Source of the DNA: Candidatus Parcubacteria bacterium
GTDB lineage: Bacteria > Patescibacteriota > Patescibacteriia > Patescibacteriales > UBA12465
NCBI GenBank assembly: GCA_037076615.1
Contig: AP029158.1
Span: 197,470 to 261,469, forward strand
DNA: 64,000 bases
Direction of reading: 5' to 3'
The notes below the pieces were generated by a model. It ran no database searches. It was not told where the DNA came from and saw nothing but the letters and a program-made list of their open reading frames with translations. This document shows positions 46,689-55,610 of the stretch, piece after piece. Numbering within the stretch: position 1 is the stretch's first letter; each line of letters begins with the position of its first letter. A program made the position numbers and the translations under genes.

Positions 46689-49600
46689 ATGGAGGTCGAT
46701 TTAAAAAATTTAGAAGAGGAGCCGAAAAATATTAAGGCGACGGCAGAAGCTGCGGACACCTCAGGTGCTTCAACGGCCGATCAGCTTTATTTAAGACGAG
46801 TAAAATTTAAACCCCGGCTGCGGCGAGGCTGGTTGAATTTTTTTGTCAGTCGGCCGCGAGTGATCTTTTTATTAATTGCTTTTCTGACTGCCATCGGTAT
46901 CTATGCTTACCAATCGTTACCGCGAGAATCTAGTCCGGAGGTAAAAATTCCTTACGCTGCCGTCTTTACTACTTATCCCGGCGCATCCCCGGCGGATGTT
47001 GAAGAGTTAGTTACTAAACCACTGGAAGGCGGAATTAGTGGGCTCAAAGGGGTCAAACAAATCACGTCCGAATCCAGTAATTCTTTATCAATGATTACGG
47101 TGGAGTTTGATGCGAAGGAAGATTTAGCTGATGCTCTGCGCCGTTTGCGTGATGAGGTTAATAGTTTGTCTAATCGTTTTCCTGCTGAGGTCTCAACGCC
47201 ACTCGTTCAAGAAATTTCGGCCGATGATTCACCAATCTGGGTTTTTACTTTATCGGGGGACTACGATGGTTTTGTTTTGCGTGACGCCGCGACAGAAATT
47301 AAAAATGAATTAGAAAAAGTTCCCGGGGTGCGTGAGGTGATTATCTCCGGCGGCGATGAACGTCAATTTAGTATTGATTACGATTCTTCAAAATTATCTT
47401 TTTATAACCTATCCCCAGCTCTTGCCAATCAGGCGGTGGTGGCTCGTAACAGCGCGATTCCCGTGGGCACTTTTGACGGTGAAAAATATTCTTATGCCCT
47501 TCGCACTGACGCTCAGCCCAAAAGCCTAGACGATTTACGCAATACACCCTTGAGTCACACATCGGAAGGAGCCATTATTTATTTAAAAGATGTGGCCGCC
47601 GTGGAAGAGGCGGCGATTAAAAAAAGCAGCTTGTCGCGGTTATCGCAACAGGGTTCCGAACCTCAAGAAAGTATTGGTTTCCAAGTTCTTAAAAAAACGG
47701 GCGGCAATATTATTGAGGTGGTCGCTGCGGGGAAGGAGCGCTTAGACACTAAACTTGAAACTTTACCGCCCGGGCTTACGTACGCCACTACCTTAGATAT
47801 GTCGGCGATGGTTGAGGCCGATTTTAATCAGTTGACCGGTGACTTTGTGATGACAATCATTCTGGTTTTTACGATTCTCTTTTTGATTGTCGGCTTTAAG
47901 GAGGCGCTCGTGGCCGGGTTGGCCGTTCCTTTAGTTTTCTTTGGTACTTTTGCCGTCATGTTGTTTTCTGGTATTAGTTTAAATTTTCTCTCGCTCTATG
48001 CTTTGATTTTGTCGCTTGGCCTTTTGGTCGACGATGCGATTGTGGTGGTCTCAGCGACTAAACAATATTTAAAAAGCGGAAAATTTACTCCGGAAGAAGC
48101 CGTCCTTTTAGTTTTAAATGATTTTAAGTTAGTCCTAACGGCCAGCACCTTAACGACAGTTTGGGCCTTTTTGCCGCTGTTATTAGTTTCCGGAATTATG
48201 GGCGAGTACTTGAAGTCGATTCCGATTACGATTTCCACAACCTTAATTTTATCTTTAATTATTGCGCTCATTATTAACCACCCCTTAGCGGCAGTGCTCG
48301 AAAGAGTTCGTTTTGGTAAGGGTTTATTTTTTACGGCTCTCGCCCTCGTTTTCGGGGCGGCCGTTTGGGCCGCAACCTCAGGCACTATTGTCGGTGGGGT
48401 GGTCGCTGCTTTACTGTTAGCTTTAGCGGCAGTCGCCGGAGTTTGGTATTTTCGAGGCGGGCGGGTGAAGCTCCAAAAAAATAGTGATCTAATGGCGGCG
48501 GAAACGGCTGATGATGAGAAGATCAAAAGAAAATTAATTTCCCAATCAGCGCCAGTTGGGAATAATTTTTTCGCGCGCCTATTTCACGGCGTTATCCACT
48601 TTGATAAGGTGCTGCCGCTTTATGAAAAATACTTGCGCCCGATTATTGAAAAGCGCTTGGCGCGGCGCCGCTTTTTCGGAGGGGTTATGCTGTTATTTGT
48701 TATCGCCTTAGCCTTGCCGGCCGTAGGTATTCTTAAATATGAATTTTTTCCAAAAACCGATTTGGAATATATTACTATTGATATTAAAGCGCCGCACGGT
48801 CTGAAGCTATCGGAAACCGATAAAATTGTTCAAGCGGTAGAAAGTCATTTATTGGCATATCCAGAGATTGATAATTTTTCCACGGTCGTTGGTGGCGGCG
48901 GAGCCTTGGCTTATCTTTCGGGGGATTCATCTTCTAAGGCCAGTATTACTATTCGCCTCAAACCTTTAGCAGCGCGGGCGTTTAAATCTTATGAGTTGGC
49001 CGATGCTTGGGGGCAAGATTTAAAAACGATTACGGGCGCGGAAATTACCGTTAGTGCCTTAGCGGCTGGGCCACCGACAGGAGCTGATTTTGAGGTTCAA
49101 ATTCATGGTGACGATTTACAAGAATTAGAGCGAATTACTTTTGAATTAGAAGAAATTCTAAACAATATTGAGGGGGTAGCGACGACTAAAGATTCTCTTG
49201 AAGAAGCTCAGGCAGATTACACTTTTATCCTTAATCCGGATCGTCTTGAACTTTATGACTTAAATGCCGCTTATGTTGGGGGTACTTTACGCTTAGCAAT
49301 TTCGGGCACGGAAGTAACGACGGTTTTAAATGACGGTGAAGAAATAAAAGTGATAGCGAAGGTGGCCGAGGATAAACTAGAAAATCTCGCCGCTTTACAA
49401 AATTTACAGCTGAGTAATTTAAAAGGGCAGACGGTGTTTCTAAAAGATGTGGCCACAGTCAAATTAGAGCCCGCGGCTGCCAGCATTGCCCGCGTTGATG
49501 AAACGCGCAGTGTTACCTTGTCGGCCCAGCTCACCGCGACCGGAAATTCGGCGACCGTCTTGGAGGATTTTCAAGCGCAAACCAAAGATTATCAGTTGCC

Positions 49601-50150
49601 GGCCGGTTATCAAATTGTTTACGGTGGGGCCAGTCAAGAAATTACCGACTCGACAAATTCCATGGTTCAGGCCATGGTGGTGGCACTCCTACTCATTATT
49701 ATTACCTTGGTCATCCAATTTAATTCCTTTAGGCAAGCCTTGATTATTTTAGTAACTATTCCGTTGGCTTTAATTGGTGTTAGTTTCGGTTTGTCTCTAA
49801 TTCGGGTGCCGATGTCCTTACCGGCTTTAATCGGCGTCCTCGGCCTCTTTGGTATCGTGGTGAAAAATGCCATTATTTTGGTTGATAAAATTAACCTCAA
49901 TTTACGCACCGGCATCCCTTTTAACGAAGCCATTATTGATGCCGGCAAATCTCGCCTGGAGGCGATCTTTATTACTTCGGTATCCACCATTTTTGGTCTT
50001 TTGCCGATTACTATTTCCAGTGAGATGTGGCGCGGATTGGGAACCGCGATTATTTCTGGATTGATGTTATCTTCCTTTTTTACTCTTTTCGCTGTCCCCG
50101 CGCTCTATGTTTCGCTCGTTAAGCCGCCGAAAAAAAAGTTTACTGTTTAA
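46689..50150 (+). CDS. RND-superfamily efflux permease (AcrB/HAE-like)
   Basis: 1153 aa with a 12-TM, two-large-loop architecture. Conserved LGLLVDDAIVVV and LFGIVVKNAIILVD motifs. Confidence 0.9.
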   Translation: MEVDLKNLEEEPKNIKATAEAADTSGASTADQLYLRRVKFKPRLRRGWLNFFVSRPRVIFLLIAFLTAIGIYAYQSLPRESSPEVKIPYAAVFTTYPGASPADVEELVTKPLEGGISGLKGVKQITSESSNSLSMITVEFDAKEDLADALRRLRDEVNSLSNRFPAEVSTPLVQEISADDSPIWVFTLSGDYDGFVLRDAATEIKNELEKVPGVREVIISGGDERQFSIDYDSSKLSFYNLSPALANQAVVARNSAIPVGTFDGEKYSYALRTDAQPKSLDDLRNTPLSHTSEGAIIYLKDVAAVEEAAIKKSSLSRLSQQGSEPQESIGFQVLKKTGGNIIEVVAAGKERLDTKLETLPPGLTYATTLDMSAMVEADFNQLTGDFVMTIILVFTILFLIVGFKEALVAGLAVPLVFFGTFAVMLFSGISLNFLSLYALILSLGLLVDDAIVVVSATKQYLKSGKFTPEEAVLLVLNDFKLVLTASTLTTVWAFLPLLLVSGIMGEYLKSIPITISTTLILSLIIALIINHPLAAVLERVRFGKGLFFTALALVFGAAVWAATSGTIVGGVVAALLLALAAVAGVWYFRGGRVKLQKNSDLMAAETADDEKIKRKLISQSAPVGNNFFARLFHGVIHFDKVLPLYEKYLRPIIEKRLARRRFFGGVMLLFVIALALPAVGILKYEFFPKTDLEYITIDIKAPHGLKLSETDKIVQAVESHLLAYPEIDNFSTVVGGGGALAYLSGDSSSKASITIRLKPLAARAFKSYELADAWGQDLKTITGAEITVSALAAGPPTGADFEVQIHGDDLQELERITFELEEILNNIEGVATTKDSLEEAQADYTFILNPDRLELYDLNAAYVGGTLRLAISGTEVTTVLNDGEEIKVIAKVAEDKLENLAALQNLQLSNLKGQTVFLKDVATVKLEPAAASIARVDETRSVTLSAQLTATGNSATVLEDFQAQTKDYQLPAGYQIVYGGASQEITDSTNSMVQAMVVALLLIIITLVIQFNSFRQALIILVTIPLALIGVSFGLSLIRVPMSLPALIGVLGLFGIVVKNAIILVDKINLNLRTGIPFNEAIIDAGKSRLEAIFITSVSTIFGLLPITISSEMWRGLGTAIISGLMLSSFFTLFAVPALYVSLVKPPKKKFTV

Positions 50151-50165
50151 TGGTTGGTTTACAAG

Positions 50166-50190
50166 AAAACCGCTTTTAGGCGGTTTTTTT
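50166..50190 (+). terminator. Rho-independent terminator
   Basis: aaaaccgc-ttttag-gcggtttt hairpin followed by a T-run. Confidence 0.6.
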
Positions 50191-50195
50191 GAGTC

Positions 50196-50224
50196 TTGAC
50201 ATAAAGATGTATATTTAGTATATT
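50196..50224 (+). promoter_or_regulatory. Sigma70-type promoter for typA (TTGACA-17-TATATT)
   Basis: ttgaca at 50196-50201 and tatatt at 50219-50224. Confidence 0.6.
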
Positions 50225-50281
50225 GGACCAGGCACTTTTGGCGCCGAAACAATCATTTTAGATTAGCTAATAATTACTTTC

Positions 50282-52069
50282 ATGGAAATTAGAAATATTG
50301 CTATTATTGCTCACGTTGATCACGGCAAAACTACTTTAACCGATGCTTTTTTACGTCAGAGTGGTTTACTTGAGGCTCAGAGTATGGACAGCGACCGCCT
50401 GGAACAGGAGCGGGGGATTACTATTTATTCCAAAAATTGCAGTCTTCTTTATAAAGATACCAAAATTAATATTGTTGATACCCCCGGACACGCCGACTTT
50501 AGCTCGGAGGTGGAGCGAATTTTGCGTTCCATTGACTGTGTATTATTGGTTGTTGATGCTCAGGAAGGGCCGATGCCGCAGACTAAATTTGTCTTGAAGA
50601 AATCTTTAGAATTGGGGCTCAAGCCGATTGTGGTGATTAACAAGATTGATAAGCCCGCCGCCCAGCCCGCCGCGGTGCAAGAAATGGTTTACGAATTATT
50701 TTTAGATTTAGGTGCGAGTGATGAGCAGTTATATTTTCCGGTTATTTTTGCTAATGGTCGCGCTGGTATTGCTTGGAAGGACTTAGCTGTCCCCAGTGAT
50801 AATCTTGAGCCTTTACTGGACACAATTTTAGAACATGTTGCACCGGCGGCTACTAAAGAGTTATCCGATCAGGCACTTAGCGCGCAAGTTTTTAATTTGT
50901 CCTATGATAATTTTTTAGGGCGCTGTGGTGTTTGTCGCGTTTATTCCGGCCGCTTAAAATCCGGTCAAACGGTTTATGTTCGCGGGGCCGAAGGCAAGGC
51001 TAACGCCGGTAAAATTTCTAAATTATTCACTTTTTCAGGCGTGAGTCGCCAAGAAGCGACTGAAGTGGAAGCGGGTGACATCGCTTTGATTGCTGGACTA
51101 CCTAATCTTTATATTGGTGAAACAATTGGTGATACTCCGGAAGTGGAGCCATTGCCGGCCATTTTAGTTGATGAGCCCACCATTTCTTTAAATTTTTTGG
51201 TTAACAATTCGCCTCTTGCCGGTCGTGAAGGGAAGTTTGTGACCAATAGCCAAATTCGGGAGCGTTTAAGTAAAGAGCTAGAAGTTAATGTGGGTTTGAA
51301 AATTGATTTTTCCGATGCTAATTTAGCGCGCGTTTATGGTCGGGGCGAATTACATATCGCCATCCTTTTAGAAAATATGCGGCGCGAAGGTTATGAGCTG
51401 CAAGTTTCTCAACCCGAAGTTATTGTTAAAGATACTCCGGAGGGCAAACTTGAACCTTTTGAGGAGGTGACGATTGATATTCCGGAAAAATGCTCGGGGG
51501 CGGTAATTGAAAAAATGTCTCGCCGGAAAGGGCAGCTCTTAGATTTAAAAAATAAGAATGGTCAGAGTCGCCTCTTATTTGAAATCCCGACTCGGGGCTT
51601 ACTTGGTTATCGAACCGAATTTGTCATTGATACGCGCGGGGAAGGAATTTTATATTCGCACTTAATTGGCTTTAAGCCGCAGATCGGCGCGATTGAATAT
51701 AGTGAGACCGGCTCCATGGTTTCCATGATCTCCGGTAAAGTTTCGGCTTTTGCTCTCTGGAATTTACAAGAACGCGGGGTGATCTATATCCAGCCTAACG
51801 TCATTGTTTATGAAGGGCAAGTGATTGGCAACGTCTCAAAAGGCAATGATTTAGCGGTTAATCCGGTTAAAGGGAAGAAATTGAGTAATGTGAGAGCCTC
51901 GGGATCAGACGAAGCAATTAACTTAACTCCGCCCTGGGAGCTTGATTTAGAGCGGGGGTTGAGTATAATAAAGAATGATGAATTTTTGGAAATAACGCCA
52001 ACCAACATCCGCTTACGCAAGCAATTGTTAACAGAAGTAGAACGAGTTCGGGCAGCGAGAAAAGCTTAA
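50282..52069 (+). CDS. typA: Translational GTPase TypA/BipA
   Basis: IRNIAIIAHVDHGKTTL, DTPGHADF, NKID, EF-G-like domains, and a C-terminal BipA-specific region. Confidence 0.95.
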   Translation: MEIRNIAIIAHVDHGKTTLTDAFLRQSGLLEAQSMDSDRLEQERGITIYSKNCSLLYKDTKINIVDTPGHADFSSEVERILRSIDCVLLVVDAQEGPMPQTKFVLKKSLELGLKPIVVINKIDKPAAQPAAVQEMVYELFLDLGASDEQLYFPVIFANGRAGIAWKDLAVPSDNLEPLLDTILEHVAPAATKELSDQALSAQVFNLSYDNFLGRCGVCRVYSGRLKSGQTVYVRGAEGKANAGKISKLFTFSGVSRQEATEVEAGDIALIAGLPNLYIGETIGDTPEVEPLPAILVDEPTISLNFLVNNSPLAGREGKFVTNSQIRERLSKELEVNVGLKIDFSDANLARVYGRGELHIAILLENMRREGYELQVSQPEVIVKDTPEGKLEPFEEVTIDIPEKCSGAVIEKMSRRKGQLLDLKNKNGQSRLLFEIPTRGLLGYRTEFVIDTRGEGILYSHLIGFKPQIGAIEYSETGSMVSMISGKVSAFALWNLQERGVIYIQPNVIVYEGQVIGNVSKGNDLAVNPVKGKKLSNVRASGSDEAINLTPPWELDLERGLSIIKNDEFLEITPTNIRLRKQLLTEVERVRAARKA

Positions 52070-52105
52070 AATTTATCCAGTACCTTAATAATTAAATAAT
52101 AGATA

Positions 52106-52768
52106 ATGGCAAAGGAAGAAAAAAAACAAAAGATTGTGATTTTTAATCTTTCCGGGGCATTATTATTGCCCTTTGATAAAAAGATTACCCTGTGGTGTGA
52201 CGCGATTAGAGCCTGTAGCGCCCCTTTAGAAGAGAGTCTTATTTATCAGAATTACCAAAAAAGTTTTCACAAAGAAATTATTCCTTTATTGGCAGAAGCC
52301 GGGAATTGGTCTCAGCAGCAACGAAATGAAGTTATCGTCACCGCTCGCGGTTCCTTTGATAACGACAAGTTTGTCAGTCTGGCTGGCCTAGCGGAAAGCA
52401 TGAACTCCCTAAAAAAAGTTTACGATTTGGGCGTAGTTACGAACCGGTCTAATCGGGAGCTGGAGGAATCGCTTCTGAGTCTCGGTTTGAGAAAAAGTTG
52501 TTTCCGAATTATTCATACCGCCGATGAGGGGGTGTATAAACCGGATCCCCGAGTTTTTAAAACTGTCTTGAAGGATTACCGAAAGGAGGACATTCTTTAC
52601 GTTGGTGCCGCCAAAAATGATTTACTGGTTGCTCAAAAAGCCGGTGTTAAATTTTGGGGCCTAACCAGCTCAACTTGTCCACAAGGTCTTTTTTGGGCTT
52701 ATGGGTTAACGCCAGAGCAAACTTTTTCGTCAATTACGGATGCGATGAAAAATTTATTGGAGGAGTAA
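52106..52768 (+). CDS. HAD-superfamily homologue lacking the nucleophilic Asp
   Basis: Motif I reads IVIFNLSGAL instead of hhhhDxDGT. Motif II is VVTNRS, motif III YKPDPRVF, and motif IV VGAAKND instead of GDxxxD. Confidence 0.7.
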   Translation: MAKEEKKQKIVIFNLSGALLLPFDKKITLWCDAIRACSAPLEESLIYQNYQKSFHKEIIPLLAEAGNWSQQQRNEVIVTARGSFDNDKFVSLAGLAESMNSLKKVYDLGVVTNRSNRELEESLLSLGLRKSCFRIIHTADEGVYKPDPRVFKTVLKDYRKEDILYVGAAKNDLLVAQKAGVKFWGLTSSTCPQGLFWAYGLTPEQTFSSITDAMKNLLEE

Positions 52769-52796
52769 TTAAAACTCACGCCCGTAGTCATAAAGA

Positions 52797-53450
52797 CTAG
52801 GGGCGTTTTTTTAAATAAGCAGACTTATTTTTCTTGGCCGGCGCGAACGGAGCGAAGGTTAGGCGATGAATCGGGCAGGGGCCTAATTCGCCAATAGCGG
52901 CTAAGTGCTGCTTAGTGCCATAGCCTTTATGTTGTTTAAACCCATACTGCGGATATTTTTTGTCATATTCGCTGAGTAAATAATCCCGGCTCACCTTCGC
53001 GATGATTGAGGCCGCGGCAATGGCAAAAACGGTGGCGTCACCATTAATGATTGTTTCTTGGGGGATGTCTAGCTGAGGAATTTTTTGCTGACCATCAACA
53101 AGAATGTAGTCGGGTTTTACTGAGCAGGCAGCAACCGCGCGGCGCATGGCGAGCAGACTGGCTTGTAAAATATTAATCCGGTCAATCATTTCGTGACTCA
53201 CAACACTAATCTCCACCGCCAAAACATGATCCTTAATTAAGGGGAATAAAGCTTCGCGCGCCTTAGCACTTAATTTTTTAGAATCATTAACTTTCGCGAG
53301 CTCGGGGTGGTGGGAAATGAAATTAGTATCTAGAACTACGCAAGCGGCGACTACTGGTCCGGCTAAAGGACCGCGCCCGGCTTCATCAACACCAGCCACA
53401 TATTTATAGCCAGCGTTCCAGAGTTTTTGTTCTTGATTGAGATTTATCAT
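52797..53450 (-). CDS. rnhB: Ribonuclease HII
   Basis: GVDEAGRGPLAGPVV, DSKKLS, ASIIAKV, GYGT. Confidence 0.93.
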   Translation of the reverse strand: MINLNQEQKLWNAGYKYVAGVDEAGRGPLAGPVVAACVVLDTNFISHHPELAKVNDSKKLSAKAREALFPLIKDHVLAVEISVVSHEMIDRINILQASLLAMRRAVAACSVKPDYILVDGQQKIPQLDIPQETIINGDATVFAIAAASIIAKVSRDYLLSEYDKKYPQYGFKQHKGYGTKQHLAAIGELGPCPIHRLTFAPFAPAKKNKSAYLKKRP

Positions 53451-53608
53451 CTTACTAAAAATAGCTTTTCGGGCTACTTAACGAAACCGTTAAAGACTGA
53501 AAAAGTAGCACTCTCTAAAAAATTTAGCACAGGGCGCGGTTAAAAGCGAGTCAAGAAGCTCACTTAATCATAATCGCTTTTTTAGTCGGCACCGGTTATA
53601 ATTAGTTC

Positions 53609-54178
53609 ATGAATGAGAAAAAAACAATTATTGACGGTCAGAGTTGGTCTTATTTTTTAGAAAATCGGCCGGGCCGCTCGCTCCGTTTAGAAATCAAAGA
53701 CGGTAAAATATATTTGTTTAAGCCACGCTGGGTAGCAGAGAAAAGTGCTCAGGAGTTTTTGGTATCTCGGCGCGCCTGGCTCGAGCGGACGCTTAAAAAG
53801 GAACGCGAGCAAATTCCACTGTTGCCGCTAAGTCCTCAGGAATGTTTAGTTTTTAAAGAGAAGTTAGAAGCGCGCTTGGAGTATTTTAATCGCTTTTATA
53901 ATTTTAGTTGGCGTCAAATTAGCGTTCGTCACCAAACTGCTCGTTGGGGTAGTTGCTCAGCTGGGGGGATTTTGAGTTTTAATAGCCGTATCCAAAGGTT
54001 GCCGGAAAATCTACAAGACTATATTATTGTTCATGAGCTTTGTCATTTAGGGGAGGCAAATCACTCCAGCTCTTTTTGGGCTTTAGTGGCGCGGGTGGTT
54101 CCTGATTATAAAGAGCGTCGGCAACAATTAAAGCAATATCGCTTGGCTAACCTTATTGACAATAACAATATTTTATGA
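53609..54178 (+). CDS. YgjP-like (DUF45/M48-related) metal-dependent hydrolase
   Basis: Family pattern RWGSCS...ILSFNSRI...YIIVHELCHLGEANHSSSFWALV with an HExxH motif. Confidence 0.8.
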   Translation: MNEKKTIIDGQSWSYFLENRPGRSLRLEIKDGKIYLFKPRWVAEKSAQEFLVSRRAWLERTLKKEREQIPLLPLSPQECLVFKEKLEARLEYFNRFYNFSWRQISVRHQTARWGSCSAGGILSFNSRIQRLPENLQDYIIVHELCHLGEANHSSSFWALVARVVPDYKERRQQLKQYRLANLIDNNNIL

Positions 54179-54193
54179 TAGCTTAAAAACAGA

Positions 54194-54280
54194 GCCCGGA
54201 TGGTGAAATTGGTAGACACGCAGCGTTCAGGTCGCTGTGGGAGTAATCCCATGAGGGTTCGAGTCCCTCTTCGGGCACCA
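54194..54280 (+). tRNA. tRNA-Leu (anticodon CAG), CCA encoded
   Basis: Acceptor gcccgga/ttcgggc, anticodon stem cagcg/cgctg with loop ttCAGgt, long variable arm, T arm gaggg-ttcgagt-ccctc, then ACCA. Confidence 0.9.
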
Positions 54281-54448
54281 AGAGAAAGTTTTCTTGGATT
54301 TAAAATTAAAAAGTGTTAAACTCTTATTGAAGTTTAAGGAAGCCGAGGGGAAGTGTTTTCAAATAAGAAAGTTGTTTACTTTAAATAACCTGTGGCCGCT
54401 GTGGAGGCCATTCTTGCTCATTAATAATATTAAATAAAAAACGGAGGT

Positions 54449-54886
54449 ATGGAAAAAAATGGAGGTAATGGAGGCGGTTACTGGAGCGCTTTAAATGAAG
54501 CGGCTAGTTTGACCGATAAGGAAAGAGACGATCTATTTCTAGTAAATAATTTGTTAAGGGCAATTTTGCCTAAACGCAATTTGTTTGAAGAAATTCAAAA
54601 GATGGCGCATTCGGATCGTTATACCGAGTGTGAAGTAAAATCCCTTCTTCGTGAAGCTTTGTATGGACGCTTCCAAAAAGATGAAGAGTCAAAAAAAACT
54701 CTTTGCTATATTGTTTGCTTGTACCTGAAGGCCTTTAGGGAGATGGAGTTGTTGTCTGAATCAGTTCAGATATTTACAAATGGAGGGTCGGAGGACTGCT
54801 TACTCGCCGAAGAGAGTAAATCTTTTCGTTCCAAGCAAACCCTTTTTAAGGGTGATTGTGTCGGCGGTTTCTTCCCGCATATTTAA
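54449..54886 (+). CDS. Hypothetical protein (145 aa)
   Basis: ORF preceded by aaaacGGAGGt (SD-like) 1 nt before the ATG. No recognised domain. Confidence 0.55.
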   Translation: MEKNGGNGGGYWSALNEAASLTDKERDDLFLVNNLLRAILPKRNLFEEIQKMAHSDRYTECEVKSLLREALYGRFQKDEESKKTLCYIVCLYLKAFREMELLSESVQIFTNGGSEDCLLAEESKSFRSKQTLFKGDCVGGFFPHI

Positions 54887-55016
54887 TTTTAAAGTCAAAC
54901 CACAGTTTGATCTTTAGTGTTAACCCAGGACTGAGCATTTGCTTGGTCCTTTTTTTGTTTAAAAAATAGCGGTTAAAAGTACGGTTTTTAGGGGGCTTAA
55001 AAAATGCTTTTAAGGG

Positions 55017-55045
55017 TTGAAAAAAATCTAAAAATCCGTTATACT
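55017..55045 (+). promoter_or_regulatory. Sigma70-type promoter for tRNA-Val (TTGAAA-17-TATACT)
   Basis: ttgaaa at 55017-55022 and tatact at 55040-55045. Confidence 0.55.
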
Positions 55046-55072
55046 GGCAGAAGTTTTTTGATTTTTAATTTT

Positions 55073-55149
55073 GGTTATTTAGCTCAGCTGGTTAGAGCGC
55101 TGCGTTCACATCGCAGAGGTCAGTGGTTCAAGTCCACTAATAACCACCA
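55073..55149 (+). tRNA. tRNA-Val (anticodon CAC), CCA encoded
   Basis: Acceptor ggttatt/aataacc, D arm gctc-agctggtta-gagc, anticodon stem ctgcg/cgcag with loop ttCACat, T arm agtgg-ttcaagt-ccact, then ACCA. Confidence 0.9.
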
Positions 55150-55228
55150 ATCGTTTATTGCCGATTGGAGACTCTTAAAAAATAAGAGCTTCAATAATTA
55201 TTAAGCGGTAACGATTATAAAAAAATTT

Positions 55229-55570
55229 ATGAAATTAATTTTTCGCCTCCTTTTTAACGCCGCCTGGATTTTACTCGGGTCTTTTATCATTGGCGGCTTA
55301 GAGGTTAGTAGCTTTTATATTGCGCTAATTGTTGCTATTATTTTAGGGCTGATTAACGCTTTAGTTCGACCGCTGTTAATTATTTTAACTTTACCAATTA
55401 ACATTCTTTCTTTAGGTTTATTTACTTTTGTGATTAACGCTCTTTTAGTCTGGTTTGTTTCCAGCTTTATCCAGGGCTTTGCTTTAAGCGGTTTCTGGCC
55501 AGCGCTACTACTAGCTCTGTGGCTAGCACTAGGGGCAGCTGTTACTAATTTATTATTGACCGACGACTAA
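55229..55570 (+). CDS. 4-TM 'phage holin family 4'-like small membrane protein
   Basis: 113 aa and four hydrophobic helices. GLINALVRPLLIILTLPINILSLGLFTFVINALLVW resembles Pfam Phage_holin_4_2. No phage context. Confidence 0.65.
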   Translation: MKLIFRLLFNAAWILLGSFIIGGLEVSSFYIALIVAIILGLINALVRPLLIILTLPINILSLGLFTFVINALLVWFVSSFIQGFALSGFWPALLLALWLALGAAVTNLLLTDD

Positions 55571-55610
55571 GCGTCGGTTAGCGATAGTATCTATCCATCA
55601 AAAATATTGT

